64,000 bases of DNA from an uncultured Desulfatitalea sp. (GTDB lineage Bacteria > Desulfobacterota > Desulfobacteria > Desulfobacterales > Desulfosarcinaceae): assembly GCA_963668675.2 (NCBI GenBank), contig CAXXMB010000002.1:288001-352000 (forward strand), read 5' to 3'. The notes beneath the pieces are model-generated. The model was given only the letters and a program-made list of their open reading frames with translations. It was not told where the DNA came from and made no database searches. The translations under genes were made by a program, and so were the position numbers. This document shows positions 43,353 to 53,847 of this stretch, in pieces; the first letter of the stretch is position 1; every line of letters starts with the position of its first letter.

Positions 43353-43429
43353 TGGTGGCGATGCAGGGACTTGAACCCCGGACACTGCGGATATGAGCCG
43401 CATGCTCTAACCAGCTGAGCTACATCGCC
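43353..43429 (-). tRNA. tRNA with CAT anticodon, probably elongator Met (Ile2 not excluded)
   Basis: GGCGATGTAGCTCAGCTGGTTAGAGCATGCGGCTCATATCCGCAGTGTCCGGGGTTCAAGTCCCTGCATCGCCACCA; cloverleaf, 77 nt, encoded CCA. Confidence 0.95.
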
Positions 43430-43527
43430 AATTTTGTTTGTCACCCGCTTGAAACTTGGTACCGGCACGGTGTGACAAACGGCTTCATTAGCAGTTCAAA
43501 TGATGCACGTCAACTCCAAAAAACGAA

Positions 43528-46005
43528 TCAGCGCCCCTGTACTGAACTGAGCAGTTCTATGGCAAATTCGTCCAGTTGTTCCGGCGGCGGCAGCTCTGAA
43601 AACACAACCATGAAGGGCAGGTTCTGCCCTGGTTTTACAACGGTATTGCCAGTCTGCACCTGGGGGACTGCGTTCAGGCGCTGCTTGATCTGGGCGATGG
43701 GCAGCGTGGCCAGTTCCTGATCGTCGAGCATGATGCCGGCGTAGCTGTACTCGGTCTTTACCAACACCTTGCCTTTGGTGAACAGTTTCCCCTGCAAACG
43801 GACCTTTTCGCGATTGGCGCTGTAGCCGTTTCGCACCTTGCCCGTGATGACAAAGAGTCTGCCGGAGAGGCTGTTCTCTATGAATTTGCTGTTGATCTCC
43901 ATGGTGGAGAGGTTCAGCGTTCCGGCAGGGTCCTGGGGCTTGGGCTTCAGGTAATCGCTCAGGTAGGGGATTTCGATGCCAAGCACAGTGACAGCATAGT
44001 AGGCGCCATAGCCGATGCCGCCCAGCAGGATCAGAAGAAACAGTACCAGAAGGGTCTTGCTGGTCTTCTTCTTGGGCTTCACCGGCTTGGGAGGCTTTTC
44101 AGGCTTACCCTCGACAAAAGGTGCCTCCATGGTCTCTTCGATGGGGATCTCCGGGACCCGGCCGGCGGTTCTGTTCACATCTTCGACCGCTGCGACGGGT
44201 TCGGCCGTATCCTCTTCGATCTCGAACTCCAGCTCGATATCGCCGTTGTCGATGGTCTCGGTCTTCTTTTTGGGCTCTTCGACCAGTTCGCTCAGATCGG
44301 ACAGATCCAGTTCATCATCGGCCTCTTCGGCCACTTCTGCCCGGATTGGTCGGGTATCGCTCTCCAGCTCCAGGTCTAAATCGAGCTCCATGTCATCGTT
44401 GGTCGGGACTTCATCATCATCGAGGGAGAGGTCCAGTTCCAGCGGTTCGGATGTCTGCTCTGCAGCGGGCTGGGGCTGATCGTCCAGATCGAGATCCAAC
44501 TCCAGATCCGGCTCCTCCGCCGCTTCATCCAACTCCCTGGCCGAATCCACGCTGTCAGCCGAGTCGATGGCCGATTCGATCTCGCTGAGATCGATCTCAC
44601 CGCTGTCGTCACCCAACCCCAGGTCGAGATCCGCCTCGAAGGCTTCGATCGGTTTTACGGCCGTTTCAGCCACCTGATCGCCTTCGAGCATCTCTTCAAT
44701 ATCGGAGAGGTCGATCTCTCCGTCCTCGCCGATCGTATCCCCGGCCCTGCCCCCTGTCGGGGTGGTTTCAGCCGATTCGGCTTCATCGGCAGGACCATCG
44801 GTAAATTCGGAATCGAGTTCGAAGTCAAGATCTTCCAGTTCGTCGCCGCCCTCCGCTTGCGCGGGTGCTTCGGCGGCGCTGTCATCCAGGTCCAGTTCAA
44901 GCTCTATGTCCTCCGATTCGTCCGTTTCGACCCCAAGGTCACCGTCACCGGTTTCAAGCAGCGAGTCCAGGTCGCTTAAATCGAGGTCATCCCCGGTCGA
45001 TTCCGCAGACGCATCGGTCTCCAGTGCCAGCTCGGGCTCCGCGGCATCCTGGGCGGCGGCGTCAGGGGTATCGTCCATATCCAGTTCAAGCTCGTCGCCA
45101 AGATCGAGATCCAGGTCAAGGTCCTGGGATGCACCCTCTTCGGCATCAGCAGGCGCCGGTGTTTTCAGCTCCGGTCCAGCTTCGTCCAAGGTAAAATCGG
45201 ACTCGTCGGCCAGGCTCAGTTCAGGCTCTTCTCCGCTGATCTCCTTATCGGGTGTTTCGCCGTCCAGATCGAAATCAAGATTTGCGAGGTCGAGGTCATC
45301 GCCTGAAGCGTCGGCTGTCCCCATCGGGATGACTTCCTCGTCCGCGCCGGAATCCAACCCACCGAGATCGATATCCAGATCGAGGTCGTCGTCCGAAACA
45401 GGCGCATCCTCGAGGACCGCCTTACCGGCCTCTTCAAGATCCGCCTCAAGGGACAGCGCGTCTTCAAGATCGGCCACTGCTTCGGCCTCCCCATTGGAAA
45501 CCGGGGGCAGATCGTCATCGAGAGTAAAATCCATGTCCAGGTCGAGCTCTTCTTCAACGCCCTCTTCCGCAACGACAGTCTCATCGGCGGCGCTCTCATC
45601 ACTGTCGAGATCCAGGGCGGCGTCGAAATCGAGGTCGAGATCAGCGTCGTCCAACTCGGGCAGTTCATCGGCGGCATCTGCCCCTGCCAGCTCCTGCTTC
45701 AACTCCTCTTCCAGGCCTGCGTCATGGGGCGTTTCGCGCTCCAGTATAGAATCGAGTTCGGCCAGGTCGATACCTTCCAGCTCCTGCTCCTCCTCAGGCA
45801 CCTGGGGAGCGGGCGGCGGGCTCGCATCCAGGGGCATGGCCGATGTAAACGCCTCCTGGAAGACGGGCTGGGCCGGCTGCGGCGATGGGGGATAGGCAAG
45901 AAACATATTCCGGCACTGCGAGCAACGCACCTTTGATCCAGTGGGTTTCAACAGGCTCTCGTCTAGGCGGAAAGTGGTGTTGCATTCCTGGCAGGTAATA
46001 AACAT
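43528..46005 (-). CDS. MJ0042-type zinc finger, long acidic linker, TM and DUF3426-like domain protein
   Basis: CQEC...KVRCSQC N-terminus, D/E/L-rich repeats, one TM, C-terminal LFVITGKVRN...PFMVVF. Confidence 0.85.
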   Translation of the reverse strand: MFITCQECNTTFRLDESLLKPTGSKVRCSQCRNMFLAYPPSPQPAQPVFQEAFTSAMPLDASPPPAPQVPEEEQELEGIDLAELDSILERETPHDAGLEEELKQELAGADAADELPELDDADLDLDFDAALDLDSDESAADETVVAEEGVEEELDLDMDFTLDDDLPPVSNGEAEAVADLEDALSLEADLEEAGKAVLEDAPVSDDDLDLDIDLGGLDSGADEEVIPMGTADASGDDLDLANLDFDLDGETPDKEISGEEPELSLADESDFTLDEAGPELKTPAPADAEEGASQDLDLDLDLGDELELDMDDTPDAAAQDAAEPELALETDASAESTGDDLDLSDLDSLLETGDGDLGVETDESEDIELELDLDDSAAEAPAQAEGGDELEDLDFELDSEFTDGPADEAESAETTPTGGRAGDTIGEDGEIDLSDIEEMLEGDQVAETAVKPIEAFEADLDLGLGDDSGEIDLSEIESAIDSADSVDSARELDEAAEEPDLELDLDLDDQPQPAAEQTSEPLELDLSLDDDEVPTNDDMELDLDLELESDTRPIRAEVAEEADDELDLSDLSELVEEPKKKTETIDNGDIELEFEIEEDTAEPVAAVEDVNRTAGRVPEIPIEETMEAPFVEGKPEKPPKPVKPKKKTSKTLLVLFLLILLGGIGYGAYYAVTVLGIEIPYLSDYLKPKPQDPAGTLNLSTMEINSKFIENSLSGRLFVITGKVRNGYSANREKVRLQGKLFTKGKVLVKTEYSYAGIMLDDQELATLPIAQIKQRLNAVPQVQTGNTVVKPGQNLPFMVVFSELPPPEQLDEFAIELLSSVQGR

Positions 46006-46021
46006 GGCACACCTTCATTCA

Positions 46022-46543
46022 TTAAAATTTCAGATTGTAGATCCCCGGCAGATTCCGGTAGGTTTCGGCATAGTCGAGGCCGTAGCCCACCAGGAAACCC
46101 TCTTTGACCTTGTGGCAAACATATTCTGCCTCTATATCGACCTGTCGGCGTTCATACTTGTCGATCAGCACACAGGTTTTTACCGAACGGGGATGCATGG
46201 TTTTCAGATGATCTCTCAGGTAGGCCAGCGTCAATCCCGTATCCAGGATATCTTCTACAATAAGAAGATCTTTGCCTTCGAGATCCACCTCGGTATCCTT
46301 TAGCAGGTCAATGCGGCCCGCGGAGTGATCGTTGCCTTTGTAGCTGGAGAGCCGGATAAAATCCACGGTCATGCGGTCGAGTTCCAGACGACGGATCAGA
46401 TCGGCCATAAAGATAAAGGCGCCCTTAAGCACCCCAATGATCACCAGATCGGCATCCGTGTAGTCCGAAGAAATTTGCCTTGCAACCGCATCGACTCTCT
46501 GTGCAATGGTCTCTTCGTCTAGGACGGGTATCAGTTCCGGCAT
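46022..46543 (-). CDS. hpt: Hypoxanthine phosphoribosyltransferase
   Basis: VLKGAFIFMADL, IVEDILDTGLT, VGYGLD. Confidence 0.96.
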   Translation of the reverse strand: MPELIPVLDEETIAQRVDAVARQISSDYTDADLVIIGVLKGAFIFMADLIRRLELDRMTVDFIRLSSYKGNDHSAGRIDLLKDTEVDLEGKDLLIVEDILDTGLTLAYLRDHLKTMHPRSVKTCVLIDKYERRQVDIEAEYVCHKVKEGFLVGYGLDYAETYRNLPGIYNLKF

Positions 46544-46829
46544 TGTATCTGCTTACGCAAGAAAAAGGCTTGATTCTGGTGCAGCCGCCTTTCCGCTGGG
46601 CCTTCATGGGACCACAAGCCTCTTCCTCGCCTCCCGTTTCATAACCTTATCGTCATTTCTCAGCGATTGCTTTAGCAGACCGTTGAAAAACAGTCCTCAA
46701 GGGCCTCCGCAATGCTTTCATTCGGCCTGAAATACGGGGGCGTCATTTTACGGCAATCGCTTATACTTCTACGAATAACTATAAAAATAGCTACATGAAG
46801 AAGGCACTCTTGTCAATAAATTTAATTCC

Positions 46830-47744
46830 TTACAGGCCTGTCTCGGCTAACTGAGCCATCAGTTTCTTCTGCTCGCGGGTGAGTTGAGAAGGCATGTTGA
46901 TGAGGACCTGCACAAAAAGATCGCCACGTCCCTGCCCTTTCATGTGGGGAATGCCGCGTCCGGCCAGCCGCATTTTGGTCTTGTGCCGCGTGCCTGGCGG
47001 AATTTTGAGGGTCAACTCTTTGCCTTCGATGGTGGGAATCGTTACTTTTGTACCGAGCACTGCCTCGGTCAGCTTGATCTCTCTGTTCACAACGAGGTCA
47101 TAGTTCTCGATGGTGTATCTCGGATCTTCCATCACGACGGATTTGATATAGAGATCACCGGCAGCGCCGCCGTAAGGGCTCGGCTCTCCTTTGCCGGCCA
47201 GGCGGAGTTTCTTGCCGCTGATCATCCCCTTGGGCACCTTGACGCTGATGTTTTCCGTGCGCCCCTGATGCTGGAATGAGACGGTCTTATCGGCGCCGGT
47301 GGCCACCTCCTGGAGAGTGAGGGGCAGTTCATATACCAGGTCCGATCCCTTGGGGGCCGGCTGCCGGCCGCCGCGTCCGCCAAACGGCGATCCGCCGCCA
47401 CCGAAAGAGAAGCGAAAGCCGCCATCTCCCGTGGAGAATCCGCGTCCTCCGAAGCCAAACTCCTTGAAGATGTCCCCGAAATCGAAATTGCGGAAGATGT
47501 CTTCCTGGCTGTAGCGTTGGTTAAAACCGGCCGATCCGAACGTGTCGTACTGCTTGCGCTTCTCTTCGTCGCTCAGCACGGCATAGGCTTCGCTGATCTT
47601 CTTAAACTTCTCCTCGGCGGCTTTATCGTCTTTGGCGTGGTCAGGATGGTACTTCATCGCCATCTTGCGATACGCCTTTTTGATCTCCGCACTGCTCGCG
47701 TTTTTCTCTACTCCGAGAATTTTATAGTAATCGTTATCTGCCAT
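46830..47744 (-). CDS. Class B J-domain protein (CbpA-like)
   Basis: HPD J-domain, G/F region, DnaJ C-terminal domain, no Zn finger. Confidence 0.93.
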   Translation of the reverse strand: MADNDYYKILGVEKNASSAEIKKAYRKMAMKYHPDHAKDDKAAEEKFKKISEAYAVLSDEEKRKQYDTFGSAGFNQRYSQEDIFRNFDFGDIFKEFGFGGRGFSTGDGGFRFSFGGGGSPFGGRGGRQPAPKGSDLVYELPLTLQEVATGADKTVSFQHQGRTENISVKVPKGMISGKKLRLAGKGEPSPYGGAAGDLYIKSVVMEDPRYTIENYDLVVNREIKLTEAVLGTKVTIPTIEGKELTLKIPPGTRHKTKMRLAGRGIPHMKGQGRGDLFVQVLINMPSQLTREQKKLMAQLAETGL

Positions 47745-47895
47745 GGGACTACTGCTCCATTTCTATCCAGAATGGCGCTTTCTTACGCCTAAATATTGGA
47801 AAGCACGCCGAATTTGCTGAAAAGATAAGAAGTGTGATCACTTCCGTCAAGTCGTTTGATCAAATGAACAAATCAATTGCAAGCAAGATTTGCGC

Positions 47896-48693
47896 CTACG
47901 GCTTTTTCAAACGGTCCAGCCTGAGCCGCTGACGTTCGTCGAACAGGCGCCTGGCACCCAACCCAACAGACACAATGGTTCCCAAACCGGTTCCGCCAGA
48001 TATCAGAAACATTATCAATATCTGATACTTAACCGCCTCCATAGGTGGATTCCCCGCCAATATCTGACCGGTCATCATCCCCGGCAAGCTCACCAGGCCT
48101 GCGGCCATCATGGAGTTGATGATGGGGATAAGGCCGCTGCGGATACTCTCTCTGCGTTGCGCCTCAATGGCACGTTGCCAACTCTCACCCAGCATCAGCC
48201 GTCCTTCGATCTGGGCTCGCTGGTCCCAGGCCGCGGAGGTCAATCGATCCATTCCCACGGCAATGCCGTTCATGGTATTGCCCAGCAGCATACCGAGCAA
48301 CGGTATGGCGTATTGGGGTTCATACCAGGGATGCGGCTGAATGACGACGCCCAGCGCCAGGATCGTGACGGCATACGAAGAGACAAACATGGAGAGGGTT
48401 CCCAAACCGAACCCCCATAGCCCCACAAAACGTCGCTTCTGACGTCCAAGCACCTCACGCCCGGCCGCAAGCAGCATCACGCATGCCACCAGCGATATCC
48501 ATCCCAGGTGCACATTGGCGAAGAGGGATTTGAGCACCAGGCCGATCAGGGACAACTGAACGGTCATTCGCAGGGCGCCGATAGCAAGCTGTCGCTCCAG
48601 TCCAAGGCGCATGGCTCTGGAGAGCAGGGCCAGAATGAGGACCAGTCCTGCCGCAAGGCTCAGATCGAAGGGTGAGAGGGCAACAATGCTCAT
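47896..48693 (-). CDS. fetB: ABC permease FetB/YbbM family
   Basis: RMTVQL, GMLLGN, GLVSLPGMMTGQILAG..P..AVKYQ. Confidence 0.88.
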   Translation of the reverse strand: MSIVALSPFDLSLAAGLVLILALLSRAMRLGLERQLAIGALRMTVQLSLIGLVLKSLFANVHLGWISLVACVMLLAAGREVLGRQKRRFVGLWGFGLGTLSMFVSSYAVTILALGVVIQPHPWYEPQYAIPLLGMLLGNTMNGIAVGMDRLTSAAWDQRAQIEGRLMLGESWQRAIEAQRRESIRSGLIPIINSMMAAGLVSLPGMMTGQILAGNPPMEAVKYQILIMFLISGGTGLGTIVSVGLGARRLFDERQRLRLDRLKKP

Positions 48694-48717
48694 AACAGCA
48701 ACCTAAAAAACCGCCCT

Positions 48718-49341
48718 TCAGGCTTGGAAAGCTTCGTTTTCATAAAGGCTTAACTGGCCATGGTTCAAGACATAGATCGATTCACAACAGCGCTTCAACT
48801 GCTCCAGGTCGTGCCCCACCCACATGACGACCGGTCGGTGTTCGTGGCAGTACATATCAAGGAGCGTCTCGGCCCGCCGGGTGTTGGTTTTGTCCAAATT
48901 GGCCGTCGGTTCATCGAGCAGCAGCACTTGGGGAGTGTTGGCCAGCGCACGCAACAAGGCGAGTCGCTGACGCTCACCGCTGGAGAGATGCCCCACCTGC
49001 CAACTCAGCACGTCACTGCCGAAACCCAACTGCTCCAAACCATACGGCGGCGTGCTACCGAAGTGCTCTCCTACCGTGTCGTACCACCAGGCGGACTCGG
49101 AAGGCAGCAGCGCCACTTTGCTCCGCCAGTGGGGGGGTGGTATACGGCCCACCTCGACCCTATCGAGCCACATCCGGCCGTCATGGGGGTCCAAATCGGC
49201 AATTGCCCTCAAAAAAAGTGATTTTCCAGTACCCGAGGGGCCGGTGATACCCAAACGCCGGCCGGGGGGTACTTCCAGATCAAGCTGGCGAATCGACCGG
49301 CAGCCGAACGCCTCCAGTTTGAGCCCCTCATCCGTCATCAA
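48718..49341 (-). CDS. ABC ATP-binding protein FetA/YbbL-like
   Basis: [23 protein letters not shown]. Confidence 0.88.
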   Translation of the reverse strand: MMTDEGLKLEAFGCRSIRQLDLEVPPGRRLGITGPSGTGKSLFLRAIADLDPHDGRMWLDRVEVGRIPPPHWRSKVALLPSESAWWYDTVGEHFGSTPPYGLEQLGFGSDVLSWQVGHLSSGERQRLALLRALANTPQVLLLDEPTANLDKTNTRRAETLLDMYCHEHRPVVMWVGHDLEQLKRCCESIYVLNHGQLSLYENEAFQA

Positions 49342-51212
49342 CGCTTCTCCCCGGCACGGAGGGCAACCATCAGCACCGATATGGCCGCCGGGGTGATTCC
49401 CGAAATGCGCGACGCCTGGCCCAATGAAACGGGTCGGATGGTCGATAACTTCTCCTTGAGCTCGTTGGAGAGTCCGTGAACCAGGTGATAATCGAAATCT
49501 TCCGGTAACCTGATCTGCTCCAGATGCTTGAACCGTTCGATTTCACTCAATTGACGCCGAATATAGCCTTCGTATTTGATCTCGATCTCCACCTGCCGAG
49601 CCACCCGCCCATCCACCGGGGAGGGTGCCGGCGTGAGCACTCCGACCGCATCGTATGAGAGTTCGACGCGCTTGAGCAACTGATCCATGTGAATGCCGTT
49701 GGAGATCGCATTGGACCCTTGAGAGGTCAGATAGCGGTTTACTTCCGGAAGCGGCTTGATCACTGCTCGGCGCACGCGTCCCATCTCCGCCTTTATCTGC
49801 GCCTGACGCTCGGCCGCCTCTTTTGCGGCTTCTGCCGAGATCAATCCCAGTTCGTGCCCGATGGCCATCAGACGCAAATCCGCATTGTCCTCACGCAAAA
49901 CCAGCCGGTACTCAGCCCGCGATGTGAACATCCGGTAGGGCTCCTGGGTACCCCGCGTGACAAGATCGTCCACCATCACCCCCATATAGGCACTGGATCG
50001 ATCGAGAATGAAAGCCGGTCGCCCCTGAATCCGACAGGCGGCATTAATACCAGCCCACAGCCCCTGAGCGGCCGCCTCTTCATAGCCGCTGGTGCCGTTG
50101 ATCTGACCTGCCAGGTAGAGACCGGAGACCCGCTTTGTCTCCAAGGTCGGCTTGAGCTGGACAGGATCGACATAATCGTACTCTATGGCATAGGCCGGCC
50201 GCATAATCTCGACCTCCTCCAGCCCCTCCACCGCCCGGACGACCTGCAACTGAACCTCCAAGGGCAGGCTGTTTCCCAGTCCACTGGCGTAGATCTCCTT
50301 GGTATCAAGTCCCTCGGGCTCGAGAATCACCTGATGGCTCTCTTTCTCGCTGAAGCGCACCACCTTGTCCTCGAACGATGGGCAGTAGCGCGCCGGCACC
50401 CCTTTGATCACTCCGCCATACAACGCCGAGAGGTGCAGGTGGTCGCGCACCAGTTGATGCACCCGTTCGTTTGTACGTCCGATGTAGCTGGGGAGCTGGG
50501 GCAGCCGAACCCCCTCGCTGAAAAACGAAAACGGCCGGGGTTCCGCCTCCGCCTCCTGGGCAGCGAACCTGGAGAAGTCGATGGTGTCGCGATGCAGCCT
50601 GGGCGGCGTGCCGGTCTTCATGCGGCCCAGGGTCAATCCCATTCCGGCCAGGCTCTCAGCCAGCCCATAAGCGGCAAACTCACCAGCCCTTCCGGCCCGT
50701 ATCGAGGTGAACCCGATGTGCACCAACCCACTGAGAAAGGTGCCGGTGGCCAGGACCACCGCAGGCGCCTGAAAACCGTATCCGGTATGCTCCTCGACGC
50801 CAACCACGGCGCCGCCTTCGATGACCAACCGCTCGACGAGGGCCTGTTTGACATCCAGTCCGGGCTGCATCTCCAGCACTGACTTCATGGCCGCATGGTA
50901 GCGCTTTTTATCGTTCTGGGTGCGCGACGACTGCACCGCCGGCCCCTTTTTGGTGTTCAGCAGCTTGTACTGAATGGACGAGCGATCGGTGATTTTGGCC
51001 ATTTCGCCGCCCAATGCATCGATCTCCCTGACCAGCTGCCCCTTGGCCATGCCGCCGATGCTCGGACTGCAGGGCATGGCGGCGATCTTGTCCAGGTCGA
51101 TGGCCAGCAGAAGGACGCTGCAACCCATGCGGGCTGCGGCCAAAGCGGCTTCGCAGCCGGCGTGGCCGGCGCCGACCACTATGAGGTCATATGTCTTGGG
51201 ATATGTTGCCAT
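49338..51212 (-). CDS. mnmG: tRNA uridine-5-carboxymethylaminomethyl modification enzyme
   Basis: [51 protein letters not shown]. Confidence 0.98.
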   Translation of the reverse strand: MATYPKTYDLIVVGAGHAGCEAALAAARMGCSVLLLAIDLDKIAAMPCSPSIGGMAKGQLVREIDALGGEMAKITDRSSIQYKLLNTKKGPAVQSSRTQNDKKRYHAAMKSVLEMQPGLDVKQALVERLVIEGGAVVGVEEHTGYGFQAPAVVLATGTFLSGLVHIGFTSIRAGRAGEFAAYGLAESLAGMGLTLGRMKTGTPPRLHRDTIDFSRFAAQEAEAEPRPFSFFSEGVRLPQLPSYIGRTNERVHQLVRDHLHLSALYGGVIKGVPARYCPSFEDKVVRFSEKESHQVILEPEGLDTKEIYASGLGNSLPLEVQLQVVRAVEGLEEVEIMRPAYAIEYDYVDPVQLKPTLETKRVSGLYLAGQINGTSGYEEAAAQGLWAGINAACRIQGRPAFILDRSSAYMGVMVDDLVTRGTQEPYRMFTSRAEYRLVLREDNADLRLMAIGHELGLISAEAAKEAAERQAQIKAEMGRVRRAVIKPLPEVNRYLTSQGSNAISNGIHMDQLLKRVELSYDAVGVLTPAPSPVDGRVARQVEIEIKYEGYIRRQLSEIERFKHLEQIRLPEDFDYHLVHGLSNELKEKLSTIRPVSLGQASRISGITPAAISVLMVALRAGEKR

Positions 51213-51327
51213 AGTTTAGCGTGGACCTGCCTTATAAAGTTTTGCAGGCTTATATAACGATATTGGGGAAAAGTCGAGACGGGGAGAGGTGTTGCCAGGC
51301 GTTATCAAATGGCACTTGGAAGAATAG

Positions 51328-51464
51328 TTGATGAACTCGTAAAAAGTTTCAAAAGTGCTTTTCACGTCATTCAGGCGAAGGCCGGAATCCAGTCTTTTCA
51401 AAAGCTTCTGGATGCCGGATCAAGTCCGGCATGACGTATGAATGGCTTTTTACGACTTCGTCAA
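51328..51464. mobile_element. MITE-like palindromic element B
   Basis: 19-bp TIRs TTGATGAACTCGTAAAAAG / CTTTTTACGACTTCGTCAA (2 mismatches) around core GTCATTCAGGCGAAGGCCGGAATCCAG...CTGGATGCCGGATCAAGTCCGGCATGAC. Confidence 0.8.
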
Positions 51465-51489
51465 TCGTTGATGCCCCGATAAAGGCACG

Positions 51490-51516
51490 GTAGGGGCACA
51501 ATGCATCGTGCCCCCT
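51490..51516. repeat. GTAG-type REP palindrome
   Basis: GTAGGGGCACAATGCATCGTGCCCCCT. Confidence 0.75.
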
Positions 51517-51544
51517 CTGAAAAATGGGGAAGGCGTTTAAGAGC

Positions 51545-52801
51545 CTATTTCTTCTGGCCGATCCCTTTGGGCAGAATCAGGTTGAGCAGGACACCGACAA
51601 TACCGGCCAGGCCTATCCCCTTCAAGCTGAATTCGCCCATCGAGAATGCCATTCCGCCGATGCCGAAGACCAGAATCAGGGCGATGATAGACAAGTTGCG
51701 CGGCTCGGTGAGGTCCTCACCGGCCTTTACCAGGGAGTTGAGCCCCACCACGGTGATGGCACCAAACAGCAGCAGCATGATCCCCCCCATCACCGGTACG
51801 GGAATCGTCTGTAATATGGCCCCGATTTTACCGATGAAGGCCAACACAATTGCGAAGATGGCGGCCCAGGTCATGATGGCGGGATTGTACAGCCGGGTGA
51901 GCGTCACCGCGCCGGTCACTTCAGAGTAGGTGGTGTTGGGCGGGCCGCCGAGGCAAGAGGCCAGGGTCGTAGCCAGGCCGTCGCCCATCATGGTGCGATG
52001 GATGCCAGGATCCTTAAGGTAGTCCCTGCCCGTCACATGTCCGATGGCCAGGATATCGCCAAAATGCTCGATGGCCGGGGCTATGGCGACGGGCACGATA
52101 AAAAGAATTGCCTGCAGGTTCCATTCGGGCAGCACAAAGGCCGGAACGGCGAACCATGGTGCGTTTACCACGGGCGAGATGTCGACCAGCCCCATGGGAA
52201 TCGATATGATGTATCCCACCAAAATCCCGATGAGAATCGGAATGAGGCGAAAAAACCCTTTGGCCAGCAGAGAGACCACAATCGTGGTCACCAAGGTGGC
52301 CATGGAGACGATCAACGCTTTGTTCTGGGTGACCAGGACCATGGCGCCGTCTCCCGTTTTACCAATCGCCATGAATACCGCCACCGGCGCAAGGATCAGT
52401 CCGATGACCATGATCACCGGGCCGACCACCACCGGCGGCAGGAGGCGCTTGAGAAAGCCGCTGCCAAAAATCTTGATGCCGATGCTCAGCAGCACGTAGA
52501 AAATGCCTGCCGCCGCCAGGCCACACAGGGTGCCGGGGATGCCCCACGTCTTCACACCGTAAATGATGGGTGCGATAAAGGCGAAAGAGGAGGCCAGGAA
52601 GATGGGCACCATACGCTTGGTCAGCAGTTGAAACAGCAGTGTTCCTGCACCTGCAGTAAAGAGAGCCACATTGGGGTCCAGCCCGGTGAGCAGCGGCACG
52701 AGCACCAGAGCACCGAAAGCGACAAAGAGCATCTGGGCACCAACAAGGCTGTCCTTCATTCTGAAATCATACGCTGTGGAAGAAGCATTTTGACGCGGCA
52801 T
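51545..52801 (-). CDS. uraA: Uracil permease (NCS2)
   Basis: QMLFVAFGA, FLASSFAFI, PNTTYSE; downstream of upp. Confidence 0.94.
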   Translation of the reverse strand: MPRQNASSTAYDFRMKDSLVGAQMLFVAFGALVLVPLLTGLDPNVALFTAGAGTLLFQLLTKRMVPIFLASSFAFIAPIIYGVKTWGIPGTLCGLAAAGIFYVLLSIGIKIFGSGFLKRLLPPVVVGPVIMVIGLILAPVAVFMAIGKTGDGAMVLVTQNKALIVSMATLVTTIVVSLLAKGFFRLIPILIGILVGYIISIPMGLVDISPVVNAPWFAVPAFVLPEWNLQAILFIVPVAIAPAIEHFGDILAIGHVTGRDYLKDPGIHRTMMGDGLATTLASCLGGPPNTTYSEVTGAVTLTRLYNPAIMTWAAIFAIVLAFIGKIGAILQTIPVPVMGGIMLLLFGAITVVGLNSLVKAGEDLTEPRNLSIIALILVFGIGGMAFSMGEFSLKGIGLAGIVGVLLNLILPKGIGQKK

Positions 52802-52973
52802 GAAACCTCCTGATCTCCTTATGGGGTGAAGTTGAACGGTATATAGAACACAGATCGACCAAAAACGGCGGTTTGGTAGTGGCCCAAGGCCATTTCAGCA
52901 GCTTTATACATGGGGTTAATCCAGATGTTTCAAAGGCCGTAGGGCTCCAGAAACAAGGCGGCGAGGGGAAGCC

Positions 52974-53001
52974 GTAGGGGCACGATGCATCGTGCCCCTA
53001 C
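52974..53001. repeat. GTAG-type REP palindrome
   Basis: Perfect 28-bp palindrome GTAGGGGCACGATGCATCGTGCCCCTAC. Confidence 0.8.
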
Positions 53002-53057
53002 CCCGATCCCTTTCCAACGCAGTATCTGGAGTCCTCCGGCCTTTGCAACGTCCGGAT

Positions 53058-53684
53058 TTATTTGGTACCGAATATCTTGTCGCCGGCATCTCCCAACCCC
53101 GGAAGGATGTAACCGATGTCGTTGAGGCGCTCATCGATGGCTGCCACGAAGATCTCCACATCCGGGTGGTGCTTCTCCAGATTCCGAATGCCCTCGGGGG
53201 CCGCCACCAGGAAGATCCCCTTGATGGTCTTGCAGCCGGAGGCCTTGATCTGGTCGATGGTGGCCACCAGCGTTCCACCGGTCGCCAGCATGGGATCCAG
53301 AATCAGGGCGATGCGCTCTTCCATGTCACTGGTCATCTTGACATAGTACTGCACCGGTTTAAGGGTCTCTTCGTTGCGATAGAGACCGATGACGCTCACT
53401 TTGGCCGAAGGGACCAGGCTCAACACCCCGTTCATCATGCCGAGGCCTGCGCGCAGGATGGGGACAACCGTTATTTTCTTTCCCTTGATCCGTTCGACGT
53501 CGATCGGACCGGCCCATCCCTGAATGGTCCGCGGCTCGGTGGGCAGCTCTTTGGTGGCCTCGTAAGTGAGCAGGGAGGCGACCTCCGATGCCAGGTCGCG
53601 AAAATCCTTGGTCGTAATGTCGTGGACCCGCATCAGTCCGAGCTTGTGGCGAATCAGCGGGTGCTGCACCAGTTTGACGGGCAA
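53058..53684 (-). CDS. upp: Uracil phosphoribosyltransferase
   Basis: [33 protein letters not shown] start after AAAGGAGG. Confidence 0.97.
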   Translation of the reverse strand: MPVKLVQHPLIRHKLGLMRVHDITTKDFRDLASEVASLLTYEATKELPTEPRTIQGWAGPIDVERIKGKKITVVPILRAGLGMMNGVLSLVPSAKVSVIGLYRNEETLKPVQYYVKMTSDMEERIALILDPMLATGGTLVATIDQIKASGCKTIKGIFLVAAPEGIRNLEKHHPDVEIFVAAIDERLNDIGYILPGLGDAGDKIFGTK

Positions 53685-53794
53685 GAAGACCTCCTTTCAT
53701 GGATACGCATGGTGCCGGTCGGGGCTGGTCTTGTGCCCATCTTCAGCGGCAGTCGGATCATGACAGGCACAACAGGACGAATAAATTTCAATGA

Positions 53795-53847
53795 GCCATA
53801 CGCAAAATGTTGTGATGTGTCAAGCGCTCATATTCAACATGTTGTGG
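53795..53847 (-). promoter_or_regulatory. upp promoter overlapped by two NrdR-like boxes
   Basis: Minus-strand TTGACA (53823-53818)-17 bp-TATGGC; boxes ACGCAAAATGTTGTGA (53800) and ATTCAACATGTTGTGG (53832), 32 bp apart. Confidence 0.6.

Larger units (their letters stand above)
40864..43376. mobile_element. Decayed integrative islet at tRNA-Met
   Basis: Degenerate copy of the tRNA 3' end at 40864-40887, GTGACTAA repeats near both ends, AT-richer interior, integrase N-terminal remnant. Confidence 0.75.

Noticed and set aside
44015..45895. Long Ser-rich plus-strand ORFs, or a possible repeat array
   Set aside because: Antisense shadow of the acidic low-complexity protein; repeats are codon-level, with no CRISPR-like repeat-spacer pattern
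46673..46690. IS-end-like motif TAGCAGACCGTTGAAAAA
   Set aside because: No partner inverted repeat or transposase found nearby
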